Below, in pieces: positions 27,998 through 39,894 of a DNA stretch of 64,000 nucleotides; the stretch's first letter is position 1; the number at the start of each line of letters is the position of its first letter. Position numbers and translations under genes: made by a program. Origin of the DNA: Eukaryota sp. TZLM1-RC (lineage: Eukaryota; Protista; Metamonada: BaSk clade); assembly GCA_040285825.1 (NCBI GenBank), contig JAUPSS010000003.1, forward strand, positions 2,046,001 through 2,110,000. Direction: 5' to 3'. The notes beneath the pieces were generated by a model. The model searched no databases. It was given only the letters and a program-made list of their open reading frames with translations, and was not told the DNA's origin.

Positions 27998-30900
27998 TTT
28001 TTTTAAAAAAAAAATTAATTTTATTCTAAACCTATAAATCAACATCTAAAAAAATCCATCTCTCCCAAAACAAAAACACTAGATGCAACTCTCTCATAGT
28101 GAGATCCAAGAGAAAGCAAAGCATCAGAAACCATCATCAACATCCCCTTAAAAATAGAAAACACAATTCTATTTTGCCAAAACAATCTGTTGAAATTTCT
28201 GCCAGTTCTTCTCTTTACAATCATTTCAAAATCATCCAAAAACGTAAAGCAGTTGGTGCAAGTGAACCAAAAGGGAAAATACAAATGGATACAAATTGTA
28301 TTTTTGCATGCTGTAGACTGGCCATTTTGGACAAAGGTTCATTGTATTTTTGAATTTAAAATTTTCAGCATTTGAAAGGGGATTATGAATTTCAGAATTA
28401 ACAAGCCTTTCATTTGAGGCATTACAAGGATCAACAGACATTACATCCAATAAAATAAAGCTTCCATCTAATCCAGGTAATATGACATCACCTCTATTAT
28501 TCTTATGAAAATCATTTTCAGCATCAAACAGATTTGACAACAGAGGTTCCAAGAAGGATTCAATTCTATGAGATTTACACATACAATATAACTGGTCTCT
28601 TACAGCATCATGAACCTTGCTTCTAAAAGTAATAAAATGTTTACAATTTAACAAATGAGTAGTTGTAATTTCTCGAGAACATTTACAAATTAAATTATGA
28701 GGTAAATTATCAGGCCAGATAAAGGAATTTTTTTAATTCTGTAAAGCGAGAAGCAATTTTTGAAGTTATTAAATCTGATTTTCCTGAGCTATCGAGTTTT
28801 TTCTACCATTTTTATGGGAAAGAATCAGATTTAATTTTTAATTCATTTGGTCTTAAATCATCTTCTGGAGTGAAGCAGGGAGATCCTTTAGGCCCATTAT
28901 TGTTTTGTTTAGCTATTCACAAAACTTTAAATATCATTAAGCAAAAATACCCTTCTATAAAAATAGTTGCTTATATGGATGATATATCCTTGATTGGTTC
29001 ATTTGATTTACTAGAATTGGTTGCTCAAGAAATTGCCGATTCATATGAAAATGTTGGGCTTCATCTTAATGCCAGCAAATGCCTTCTGATTGGCCCTTCT
29101 GCTCAAGACCTCGTGATAAACGATTCTATTGTCCCTTTTACTAATTATAGTAGTGATGCTTTTAAGTTCCTTGGTTGTTGGTTAGGAAATGTGCCTCAAA
29201 TTCAGAATGAATTGCAAGTTATTTTGGAAAAAATGAAAATTGAACTTGATTCAATTTCTTCTTTAGATATAGAAAAGCATATTAAATTTTTCATGCTTAA
29301 AATTTGCTACACTGGGAGAATAACCCACATTTTGAGATCTTGTGCTCCTTCCATAGCATTAGATTTTTGTCGTTCTTTTAATTCATTGAGAACAGAATTT
29401 TTTGCTGATTTATTGGATGTAGAACCAGGAATGTTGAAAAGCCATTTATTTTCTTCAGCAAATTTGGGTGGTATTGGTTTTACTAAATCTTCAATTTTGT
29501 GTCAATCAGCATTCTTGGGTGGTGGCAAAATTTTATTTATGAATTTTCTCGTAGATTTCCTGATGATTCTCATCTGTTAGTCCCCAATTGTAGTCCCTAT
29601 TTGTATGAGTTATCTTGTGAACTTGAAGAATTACCGCCACAAATTTGGACCAAATGTTTTCCTCAATCAATTCAAGAAATTCCCAACCGATCTCTATTTA
29701 ATTTACAGTTTTGCTGTAAAAAGCTTCAACAAAAATTGTCAAAGATTTTTGAAAGCTTGGATTTTGATGTTAGACTTGGCTTGGCCAAGAAAAAGAATCC
29801 CGCTTTTGCAAATCTTTTACAAGATATGTGTGACAGTACTTCTTCTGCCTTAGTAACAACAATTCCACAAGTTTATGGTACTCTCTTATCCGATTCTGCT
29901 TGGACTCTGAATATGAGATTTCGTTCCTTTATCTGGCCTGATAATTTACCTCATAATTTAATTTGTAAATGTTCTCAAGAAATTACAACTACTCATTTGT
30001 TAAATTGTAAACATTTTATTACTTTTAGAAGCAAGGTTCATGATGCTGTAAGAGACCAGTTATATTGTATGTGTAAATCTCATAGAATTGAATCCTTCTT
30101 GGAACCTTTGTTGTCAAATCTGTTTGATGCTGAAAATGATTTTCATAAGAATAATAGAGGTGATGTCATATTACCTGGATTAGATGGAAGCTTCATTTTA
30201 TTGGATGTAATGTCTGTTGATCCTTGTAATGCCTCAAATGAAAGGCTTGTTAATTCTGAAATTCATAATCCCCTTTCAAATGCTGAAAATTTTAAATTCA
30301 AAAATACAATGAACCTTTGTCCAAATTGGCCAGTCTACAGCATGCATAATACAATTTGTATCCATTTGTATTTTCCCTTTTTGGTTCACTTGCACCAACT
30401 GCTTTACGTTTTTTGGATGATTTTGAAATGATTGTAAAGAGAAGAACTGGCAGAAATTTCAACAGATTGTTTTGGCAAAATAGAATTGTGTTTTCTATTT
30501 TTAAGGGGATGTTGAAGATGGTTTCTGATGCTTTGCTTTCTCTTGGATCTCACTATGAGAGAGTTGCATCTAGTGTTTTTGTTTTGGGAGAGATGGATTT
30601 TTTAGATGTTGATTTATAGGTTTAGAATAAAATTAAATTTTTTAAAAAAAAAGATAAAGGAACGAAATCTCATATTCAGAGTCCAAGCAGAATCGGATAA
30701 GAGAGTACCATATACTTGCGGAATTGTTGTTACTAAGGCAGAAGAAGTACTGTCACACATATCTTGTAAAAGATTTGCAAAAGCGGGATTCTTTTTCTTG
30801 GCCAAGCCAAGTCTAACATCAAAATCCAAGCTTTCAAAAATCTTTGACAATTTTTGTTGAAGCTTTTTACAGCAAAACTGTAAATTAAATAGAGATCGGT

Positions 30901-33419
30901 TTGGAATTTCTTGAATTGATTGAGGAAAGCATTTGGTCCAAATTTGTGGCGGTAATTTTTCAAGTTCACAAGATAACTTATACAAATAGGGACTACAATT
31001 GGGGACTAACAGATGGGAATCATCTGGAAATCTACGAGAAAATTCATAAATAAAATTTTGCCACCACCCAAGAATGCTGATTGACACAAAATTGAAGATT
31101 TAGTAAATCCAATACCCCCAAATTTGCTGAAGAAAATAAATGGCTTTTCAACATTCCTGGTTCTACATCCAATAAATCAGCAAAAAAATTCTGTTCTCAA
31201 TGAATTAAAAGAACGACAAAAATCTAATGCTATGGAAGGAGCACAAGATCTCAAAATGTGGGTTATTCTCCCAGTGTAGCAAATTTTAAGCATAAAAAAA
31301 TTTAATATGCTTTTCTATATCTAAAGAAGAAATTGAATCAAGTTCAATTTTCATTTTTTCCAAAATAACTTGCAATTCATTCTGAATTTGAGGCACATTT
31401 CCTAACCAACAACCAAGGAACTTAAAAGCATCACTACTATAATTAGTAAAAGGGACAATAGAATCGTTTATCACGAGGTCTTGAGCAGAAGAGCCAATCA
31501 GAAGGCATTTGCTGGCATTAAGATGAAGCCCAATATTTTCATATGAATCGGCAATTTCTTGAGCAACCAATTCTAGTAAATCAAATGAACCAATCAAGGA
31601 TATATCATCCATATAAGCAACTATTTTTATAGAAGGGTATTTTTGCTTAATGATATTTAAAGTTTTGTGAATAGCTAAACAAAACAATAATGGGCCTAAA
31701 GGGTCACCTTGCTTCACACCAGAAGATGATTTAAGAGCAAATGAATTAAAAATTAAATCTGATTCTTTACCATAAAAATGGTAGAAAAAACTCGATAGCT
31801 CAGGAAAATCAGATTTAATAACTTCAAAAATTGCTTCTCGCTTTACAGAATTAAAAGCATTTTTAAAGTCGAGATTAAAAATAAAATTATTTTCCTCTGC
31901 ATTAAAAAAGGTATCAGAGGCAATAGCAGCAACAGAAGCACCATCAATTGTTTTGATTCCAAATTGATGAGGATTTAAAAAAGTAGAAGCTTTGTCTTTG
32001 ACACGATCGAAGACAATTGATGCCAGCAAACGAGAAAGAGATTCACCAACAGCAATTGGGCGTATTCCATCAGGTTTGATTTCGTTTCCAGGCTTTACTA
32101 AAGCAATCAGACGTGCTGCGAGCAATTCAAATGGAGGATTTATTTTCAAAACAATTAATTGTTGAAAATAGTGGGCTAGATCATCAGCAATTTCGGGAGC
32201 ACTGGAACACGCTATTTTTAAGAGATCAAAAGAAATTCCAGATGGGCCTGCTGCTTTCCCCTTAGGTAATTTTTGAATAGCTTTAAGAACCTCAATTGCA
32301 GTAATAGGATTTTCAATCCAAAAGGACACACTTCAGGCTTGCTGCACTTGAAATTTTCTTGAGGATGCAACTTTTGGAGTTTTTCAAGGGTATCAGAGTT
32401 TACATCAGCCAAAGAAGAGGAAAACAAAGACTGCTTTGCGGCACCATAACGACCACGTAAGCACAATTTTCGGCAAATTTTTGATTTTACAATTTTTCTA
32501 TTTCCAAATTTTTTCTTAAAACAATTTTTGTTTTTTCTAGCAAAAATATTTCCAGAAGGATGAAATATTCCACTTATTATTCTTCAATTCAGAAGTAAAA
32601 TTTCTCATTTCCATTGAGAAGGGGATTGTGCTGGCGGGACTTATTTCTACTGGGATCCGGATCGGGGGTCTTACGGTATCAACGGCTTCACAATGCGTAC
32701 AAAACAGAAGTTTTCGACCATTTCGTGAATCTGCAACATCTTTTTGCAAAATGGACAACAAAAATTACTGTTTTCAGAAGGGGAAGAAGAGGAAACACTA
32801 GAAGCATTTAACTGTTGATCGTCAGAAACATCATTTTCAGCACCTTTCACAACGGCAACAGCTGGAACAGAACATTTGAGAATTTGTTGAGCAGATTTTA
32901 ATTCAAATTCTCTTTTTTGCTTCTCAGGGCACGTTCTCGAATTATGACCACTGATACCACAAATCGAACACTTTTTAGAACCTTTTAATGGCAGTGGTTT
33001 CATATTTTCAGTTCTTTCAATTTTATCAATTTTTGAGTTAAAAGTAGAAATAGACTTTTTGACTTTTTGCAGTTTCAGCTGGAGAAAACAAATTTCGAGA
33101 AACGGGGTTGTTAATAGAACGCGCAACAGAACGCAAGGAACGTAATGGTGGTTTTTCTGTGTTTTTTCTGGTACAATGATCAGTTTTTGAATGAAAATTT
33201 TTTTGAGATGAATTTCGAGCATAGCTTGTATTGTGGGGAGAGTGGGGAAGTGGAGTGGATGAGCTTGATCTGACTGGTAGAATCTTTGCTTGGGCGTTCC
33301 AATCAGTATCAGAGTCACTATCAGCCAAAGGCATCGTTTTGACAGAAAAACAGTACGACTTTGACGCCTTGACAGAAAGTGAAAAATGAAAGGGTTGACT
33401 AAGGGAGGGAGAAAAAAAA
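27998..33419 (-). mobile_element. Family A full-length copy in E, split by another A
   Basis: TSD atagcatacttt (27986-27997 / 33420-33431); same 5' end as 14203. Confidence 0.9.
28728..30651 (+). mobile_element. Family A 5'-truncated copy, innermost nest level
   Basis: TSD agataaaggaa (28717-28727 / 30652-30662). Confidence 0.9.
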
Positions 33420-35005
33420 ATAGCATACTTTCCTTTACATAATTGATCCAAAAATCTTTGAAAAACGAAAGCAAATTCATTGCATTTGGTCGGATGAATT
33501 TCTTGAGGTATTCTTATGGGAGGATGGTAGTTATCAACTATGCGGCATTTCAAGCAGCGATCAGAAGTTTTTCCTTTTGCATTTTTTCTAAAAGAAATAC
33601 CACAAGTGTTGCAAGTTTTGTGCTTCAATCGATTGCTAACTGGTTTTGCAACAACTTGTGGAGCATTTTTTATGGGTTCTACCTTAGACTCTTTCCTTCT
33701 AATAAATTTTCTTTTACATTTTGTTTCAGAATTTGCCGCATCATTTTTTCCAACATTGGGGCATGTTCGAGCATTATGTCCCTGTTGTCGACACTTTGAG
33801 CATCTGTAGGAGCGTGGCTTTGTTTTTGAACAAACTTTTTTTTCATCGTGATTGTCTAAAAATTCTTGATCAGAATTTTTTTTTGTCCAAAAATGAAGAG
33901 AGAAGAGGTTGAGGAGGAGAGGTGGAAAGGACGTCTTGAGCATCTTGTTGACTATCGTTCTTTCTTTTGACTCCATTAGAATCAGAAACTGATTCAGACA
34001 TCAACAAGAAAGAATAGAAGCAATGATCTCGGTTCAGCCAGGTTTTAAGTTAAACGGTTATATGTAGAGGAAGAAAAAAAAATTTAGTAAAACCAATACC
34101 ACCCAAATTTGCTGAAGAAAATAAATGGCTTTTCAACATTCCTGGTTCTACATCCAATAAATCAGCAAAAAATTCTGTTCTCAATGAATTAAAAGAACGA
34201 CAAAAATCTAATGCTATGGAAGGAGCACAAGATCTCAAAATGTGGGTTATTCTCCCAGTGTAGCAAATTTTAAGCATGAAAAATTTAATATGCTTTTCTA
34301 TATCTAAAGAAGAAATTGAATCAAGTTCAATTTTCATTTTTTCCAAAATAACTTGCAATTCATTCTGAATTTGAGGCACATTTCCTAACCAACAACCAAG
34401 GAACTTAAAAGCATCACTACTATAATTAGTAAAAGGGACAATAGAATCGTTTATCACGAGGTCTTGAGCAGAAGAGCCAATCAGAAGAATAATTTATAAG
34501 AATAATAGAGGTGATGTTATATTACCTGGATTAGATGGAAGCTTCATTTTATTGGATGTAATGTCTGTTGATCCTTGTAATGCCTCAAATGAAAGGCTTG
34601 TTAATTCTGAAATTCATAATCCCCTTTCAAATGCTGAAAATTTTAAATTCAAAAAATACAACGAACCTTTGCCCAAATTGGCCAGTCTACAGCATGCAAA
34701 ATACAATTTGTATCCATTTGTATTTTCCCTTTTTGGTTCACTTGCACCAACTGCTTTACGTTTTTTGGATGATTTTGAAATGATTGTAAAGAGAAGAACT
34801 GGCAGAAATTTCAACAGATTGTTTTGGCAAAATAGAATTGTGTTTTCTATTTTTAAGGGGATGTTGAAGATGGTTTCTGATGCTTTGCTTTCTCTTGGAT
34901 CTCACTATGAGAGAGTTGCATCTAGTGTTTTTGTTTTGGGAGAGATGGATTTTTTAGATGTTGATTTATAGGTTTAGAATAAAATTAAATTTTTTTTAAA
35001 AAAAA

Positions 35006-36100
35006 ACATGGCGAACATGTTTCAATTCTTTTAAAGGATTTGCATACTTTTTCCGTTTGTACAATTCGGAGTCATCAAGGGGGGATACTTCGGATTGAGC
35101 ATTTTTCAAGGCATTTTTCTTGCAAACATCCACTGTTACGACATCAACAACATTCATGACATCATCAAACGAGGGCACAACAACATCAGCACGTCGTTTT
35201 CCATATTCTGAATTAAAAAAGAGCTAGAAGTCATAAAGACTCTTGAATTGGAAAAACATCTTAAGTTTTTTCTTTTGAAAATTTGTTATGCTGGAAAAAT
35301 TACTCATTTACTGCGATCATTACCTCCATCCCAAACTTACAATTTTTGTAGACAATTTAACAAAATACGTACCCAATTTTTGGCTTATTTAATGTCTGTT
35401 GATCCATCAATTTTGAAAAATCATATTTTTTCTGATGTTCAACTTGGCGGTGTTTCATTCAATTCATCAAAATATTTGACCAAAGCTGCATTTATTGGTG
35501 GTGGAAAAAATTTTGTATTTGAATTCTCTAGAAGATATCCTTTTGCCGAAAATCTTCTTGAAAATACAAATAGCATATTCCTGGATAACTTAAGACAAGA
35601 AATATCCAGTTTATCTCCCGACTTATGGCAATCATGTTTCCCCATATCCATTCAAGAAATTCCAGACAGAAGTTTATATTCATTAAAATTTGCGTTGAAA
35701 AAGCTCCAACGACATCTTTTGAAAAATTTTGAAAGCAAGGATTTTATTGTTCGACTTAGCACGGCTAAGAAAGAAAATCCTGCTTTTGCCAATTTTTTGA
35801 TTGATTTGAAGGACAGTTCATCTGCAGTTTTGATAAATCAAATTCCCCAGATTTATGGTCTATTTTTGAATGACGACCAATGGACCACTGCTATGAGAAT
35901 GCGTTGTTATTTATGGCCTTGTAATTTGCCCAATGATTTGTTTTGTAAATGTGGAGCTGGTTTGACATTATCACATTTATTTAATTGTAATAGATATATT
36001 TCCTATCGTTCTACGTTGCATGATGCAGTTAGAGATCAAATCCATGCAATGTGTAATTCCTATCATATTGAATCTTTTGTAGAACCTTTGTTGAGATCTC
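35006..36100. mobile_element. Family B copy with 5' inversion (minus 35006-35212, plus 35213-36100)
   Basis: Two adjacent parts of B in opposite orientation, ~25 nt apart on the B consensus; duplicated at 39895-40988. Confidence 0.82.
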
Positions 36101-38580
36101 TTTTTAATTTACAGTTTTGGTAAAAAGCTTCAACAAAAATTGTCACAGATTTTTGAAAGCTTGGATTTTGATGTTAGACTTGGCTTGGCCAAGAAAAAGA
36201 ATCCCGCTTTTGCAAATTTTTTACAAGATATGTGTGACAGTACTTCTTCTGCCTTAGTAACAACAATTCCCCAAGTTTATGGTACTCTCTTAACCGATTC
36301 TGCTTGGACTCTCAATATGAGATTTCGTTCCTTTATCTGGCCTAATAATTTACCTCATAATTTAATTTGTAAATGTTCTCGAGAAATTACAACTACTCAT
36401 TTGTTAAATTGTAAACATTTTATTACTTTTAGAAGCAAGGTTCATGATGCTGTAAGAGACCAGTTATATTGTATGTGTAAATCTCATAGAATTGAATCCT
36501 TCTTGGAACCTCTGTTGTCAAATCTGTTTGATGCTGAAAATGATTTTCATAAGAATAATAGAGGTGATGTCATATTACCTGGATTAGATGGAAGCTTCAT
36601 TTTATTGGAGGTAATGTCTGTTGATCCTTGTAATGCCTCAAATGAAAGGCTAGTTAATTCTGAAATTCATAATCCCCTTTCAAATGCTGAAAATTTTAAA
36701 TTCAAAAAATACAATGAACCTATGTCCAAATTGGCCAGTCTACAGCATGCAAAATACAATTTGTATCCATTTGTATTTTCCCTTTTTGGTTCACTTGCAC
36801 CAACTGCTTTACGTTTTTTGGATGATTTTGAAATGATTGTAAAGAGAAGAACTTTTTTTTTTTTCTAAAACTTTTTATTCAACAACAAATATGAAATACA
36901 CAATTAAAACTCCACATCCTCAAAACCTGCCTCCCCTACATCAAAACAATTAATCGCTAAAGATTCAGAAAATTTCCCAAAAGAAGATAGTGAATCAGAA
37001 ATTAGTGTTACCATTCCCTTAAAAATAGAAAATACAATCCTGTTTTGCCAGTAAACACGATTGAAAATTCTTCCAGTTCTTTCCTTTACAACTACAACAA
37101 AATCCTCCAGGAAAGCCATAGCAGCCTTACCTAGAGATCCAAGCAAAGAATAAACAAATGGACATAAATTATATTGGGCATGAGAATTTTCATTAACCGA
37201 GGAAATGGGTTTCGCATATTTAGCAATTTTATATTTTTCGCCTGCAAGAAGAGGATTATTTACATCCGAGTTAATGAAATGTTCGTTAGAGGAATTACAA
37301 GGGTCAATAGACATGGCGTCCAAAATAGTAAAACTACCATTTAAACCAGGAACAACTAGATCACCTCTAGTCAGACCCATAGAAGCTCTGTTGTAACGCG
37401 TACTATCAATATTGGGATCATCAAGAATTAATTTTGATAACAGCGGTTCTAAAAAGGAATCTACACGATATGATTTGCACATTACATAAATTTGGTCCCT
37501 GACGTTATTATGCACTTTACTTCTAAACGTAATGAAATGTTTACAGTTCAAAAGATGAGTAAACAAAAGAGGTTTACCACATTTACAAGTTAAATGATTG
37601 GGCAAATTGTTTGGCCACAGAAAACAACGAAAACGCATGTTTAGAAGCCATTCATTGTCTTTTTAACAAAAGTCCATAAACAGAGGGAACTTGAGTTACT
37701 AAAGCAGCAGCTGAACTATGACGAATATCCTTTAAAAAATTACCGAAAGCGGGATTTTTAGTTTTGGCCAAGCCAAGTCTTACTTCATAATCCAAGCCTT
37801 CATATAATTTAACCAGATGGTGCTGAAGCTTTTTTCAAGCAAAAACGTAAATTTGGAAGTGATCGAGTGGGAATTTCTTGAACATTTTGAGGAAAACACT
37901 GAATCCAGATATCACTAGGCAAATTTTCTAATTCAAATTGCAGTTGATTCAAGTAAAAATTTGATTCACCATTGATCAGATGAACATCAAAAGGGAACCT
38001 TTGGAAAAATTCAAAAACAAAATTTTTACCACCTCCCAAAAATGCTGCTTTACACAGAATCGAAGATTTGGTGAATCCAATTCCACCCAAATCTGCTGAA
38101 CAAAATACATGACTTCGAATTAAAGATTCATTTACTTCTAATAAAGAAGAAAAAAATTTGACTCGAAGTTTGTTAAAAGATCTGCAAAAATTGAGAGATA
38201 CCGAAGGGGAGTTGACCTTAAAATATGAGTGAATTTTCCAGAATAACAAATTTTTAAAATAAAAAATTTGATGTGTTTCTCAATGTCACATTCAGCAATA
38301 AAACTAAGATCCTTGTCAAACTTCTCCAATAAATTGTTTAACTGGGAATAAATTTCATCCAAAAGAGAAGAACTGGCAGAAATTTCAACAGATTGTTTTT
38401 GGCAAAATAGAATTGTGTTTTCTATTTTTAAGGGGATGTTGAAGATGGTTTCTGATGCTTTGCTTTCTCTTGGATCTCACTATGAGAGAGTTGCATCTAG
38501 TGTTTTTGTTTTTGGGAGAGATGGATTTTTTAGATGTTGATTTATAGGTTTAGAATAAAATTAAATTTTTTTAAAAAAAA
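36101..38580 (+). mobile_element. Family A 3' part split by C
   Basis: ORF 36140-36868; resumes at 38362. Confidence 0.85.
36854..38361 (-). mobile_element. Family C 5'-truncated copy
   Basis: TSD aaagagaagaact (36841-36853 / 38362-38374). Confidence 0.9.
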
Positions 38581-38583
38581 CAT

Positions 38584-39886
38584 TTTAATTTATTGAATTT
38601 GCACACTTGATTAAATTAAATCATAACTAATGGGACGACTATCATTAAACCAAGATTTCCTCTACAAAATCTTGATTTGCTTGCTGTCTAGCTAAAGCTT
38701 CTCTAATTCGATTGAAAAACCGCGGTAATCTATTAATAATGGCAAATTGAATCCGTGAACGCCATAAAAAAATATCAAATCTTTTCATTGTTTTTTCTTT
38801 CACCATTTTTTGGAAGTCATCCAAAAAGTTTCTGCTTCAACTGATAATCTTCCATTTATCGAAAATGGAAAAGCAATAAAAACCAGCTGTGTATTTCTAT
38901 CGATATTTGCATCTTCAATTTCTTTATCATATTTTCTATGTTTTGCTTTTGCTTTAAAATCCAGAGCAGCCACAGGATTAAGTTTTCTTCTGTGAACCAA
39001 AGTATCGTTTGCAACATTACATGAGACAAAGTCAACAATAGCTTCAGAATTATCAATCCAATCACAGTATACATCACCTCTATCATCAGAACTAAAATTA
39101 TTCAGAGAAAGTGTTTCTTTCAGCAGGGGCTCTTTGATACACGATATCCTTGCAGTTTGTGCCATATTGAAAACAGTGTCTCTAACAGCATCATGTAATG
39201 AAGAACGATAAGTTATCAATTTAGAGCAATTTAGAGCATGGCGCAAAGTGAGTTGAGGTGAATTCGAACAAATACATTTTTCTTTTGATAATAATTGGTT
39301 AATGGGGATGTTCAAATATAATCTCATTTTTGTTACAAATGCTTCATTAGTAGCACACAATCCAAATCTTCGTGGTACAATGGTTACAAAAAGTGAAGAA
39401 TCTGACACCTTGTTTTCACAAACACCCTTTTCCAATAACAATGAGTGAAGATCTTGATTTAAAACAGCCGAGCTGCAAATATTATTATAAAGATCTTTTT
39501 CATACATTCCAGTCAATCTTTTCTGTAATGTTCGAAGAGTGTACTTCAAATTTAAAACATTTTTTTCTGGAATATTGCCATTGAATGATTGGGGAAAACA
39601 TCGACCCCATTTTTCTACATCAATTCTTGAAATTTCTTCATTTAATGCAAAAACAGTGGAACTTTGCGTTGTCATCAATAAATCTTCCCAATCTGCAAAT
39701 CTTTCGGAGAACTCAAAGATTGCATTTCTGCATCCACCAACAAAAGCACACGAGGTAAGAATAGAGGCCTTCGTCCACCCTAAACCACCATATTGTGGAC
39801 TAAGGTAAGCATGATCTGGAATTTGAAACATTTTACATCCCAGTAATTGAGACAGAACTTTTGCACGTAACTCATTAAACTTTTGA
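38584..39886 (-). mobile_element. Family E 5'-truncated copy inserted at an A-tail/B junction
   Basis: TSD aaaaaaaacat (38573-38583 / 39887-39897); ORF 38800-39906. Confidence 0.87.
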
Positions 39887-39894
39887 AAAAAAAA

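Larger units (their letters stand above)
23741..34081 (-). mobile_element. Family E full-length copy (~3.35 kb net) interrupted by two A insertions
   Basis: ORF pieces with CSKCRQQGHNARTC, VRPIAVSE, GVKQGDPLGP, ending FVEEILV; 5' T-run at ~34074-34081; 11-bp TSD. Confidence 0.9.
22678..34492 (-). mobile_element. Family A 5'-truncated copy (22678-23740 + 34082-34487) with the 129-bp deletion
   Basis: Continues across E via TSD atttagtaaaa (23730-23740 / 34082-34092). Confidence 0.85.
21907..35005 (+). mobile_element. Family A 5'-truncated copy (21907-22677 + 34493-35005), outermost shell of five-level nest
   Basis: TSD tttataagaataat (22664-22677 / 34493-34506), carrying the same non-consensus base on both sides. 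Confidence 0.85.
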
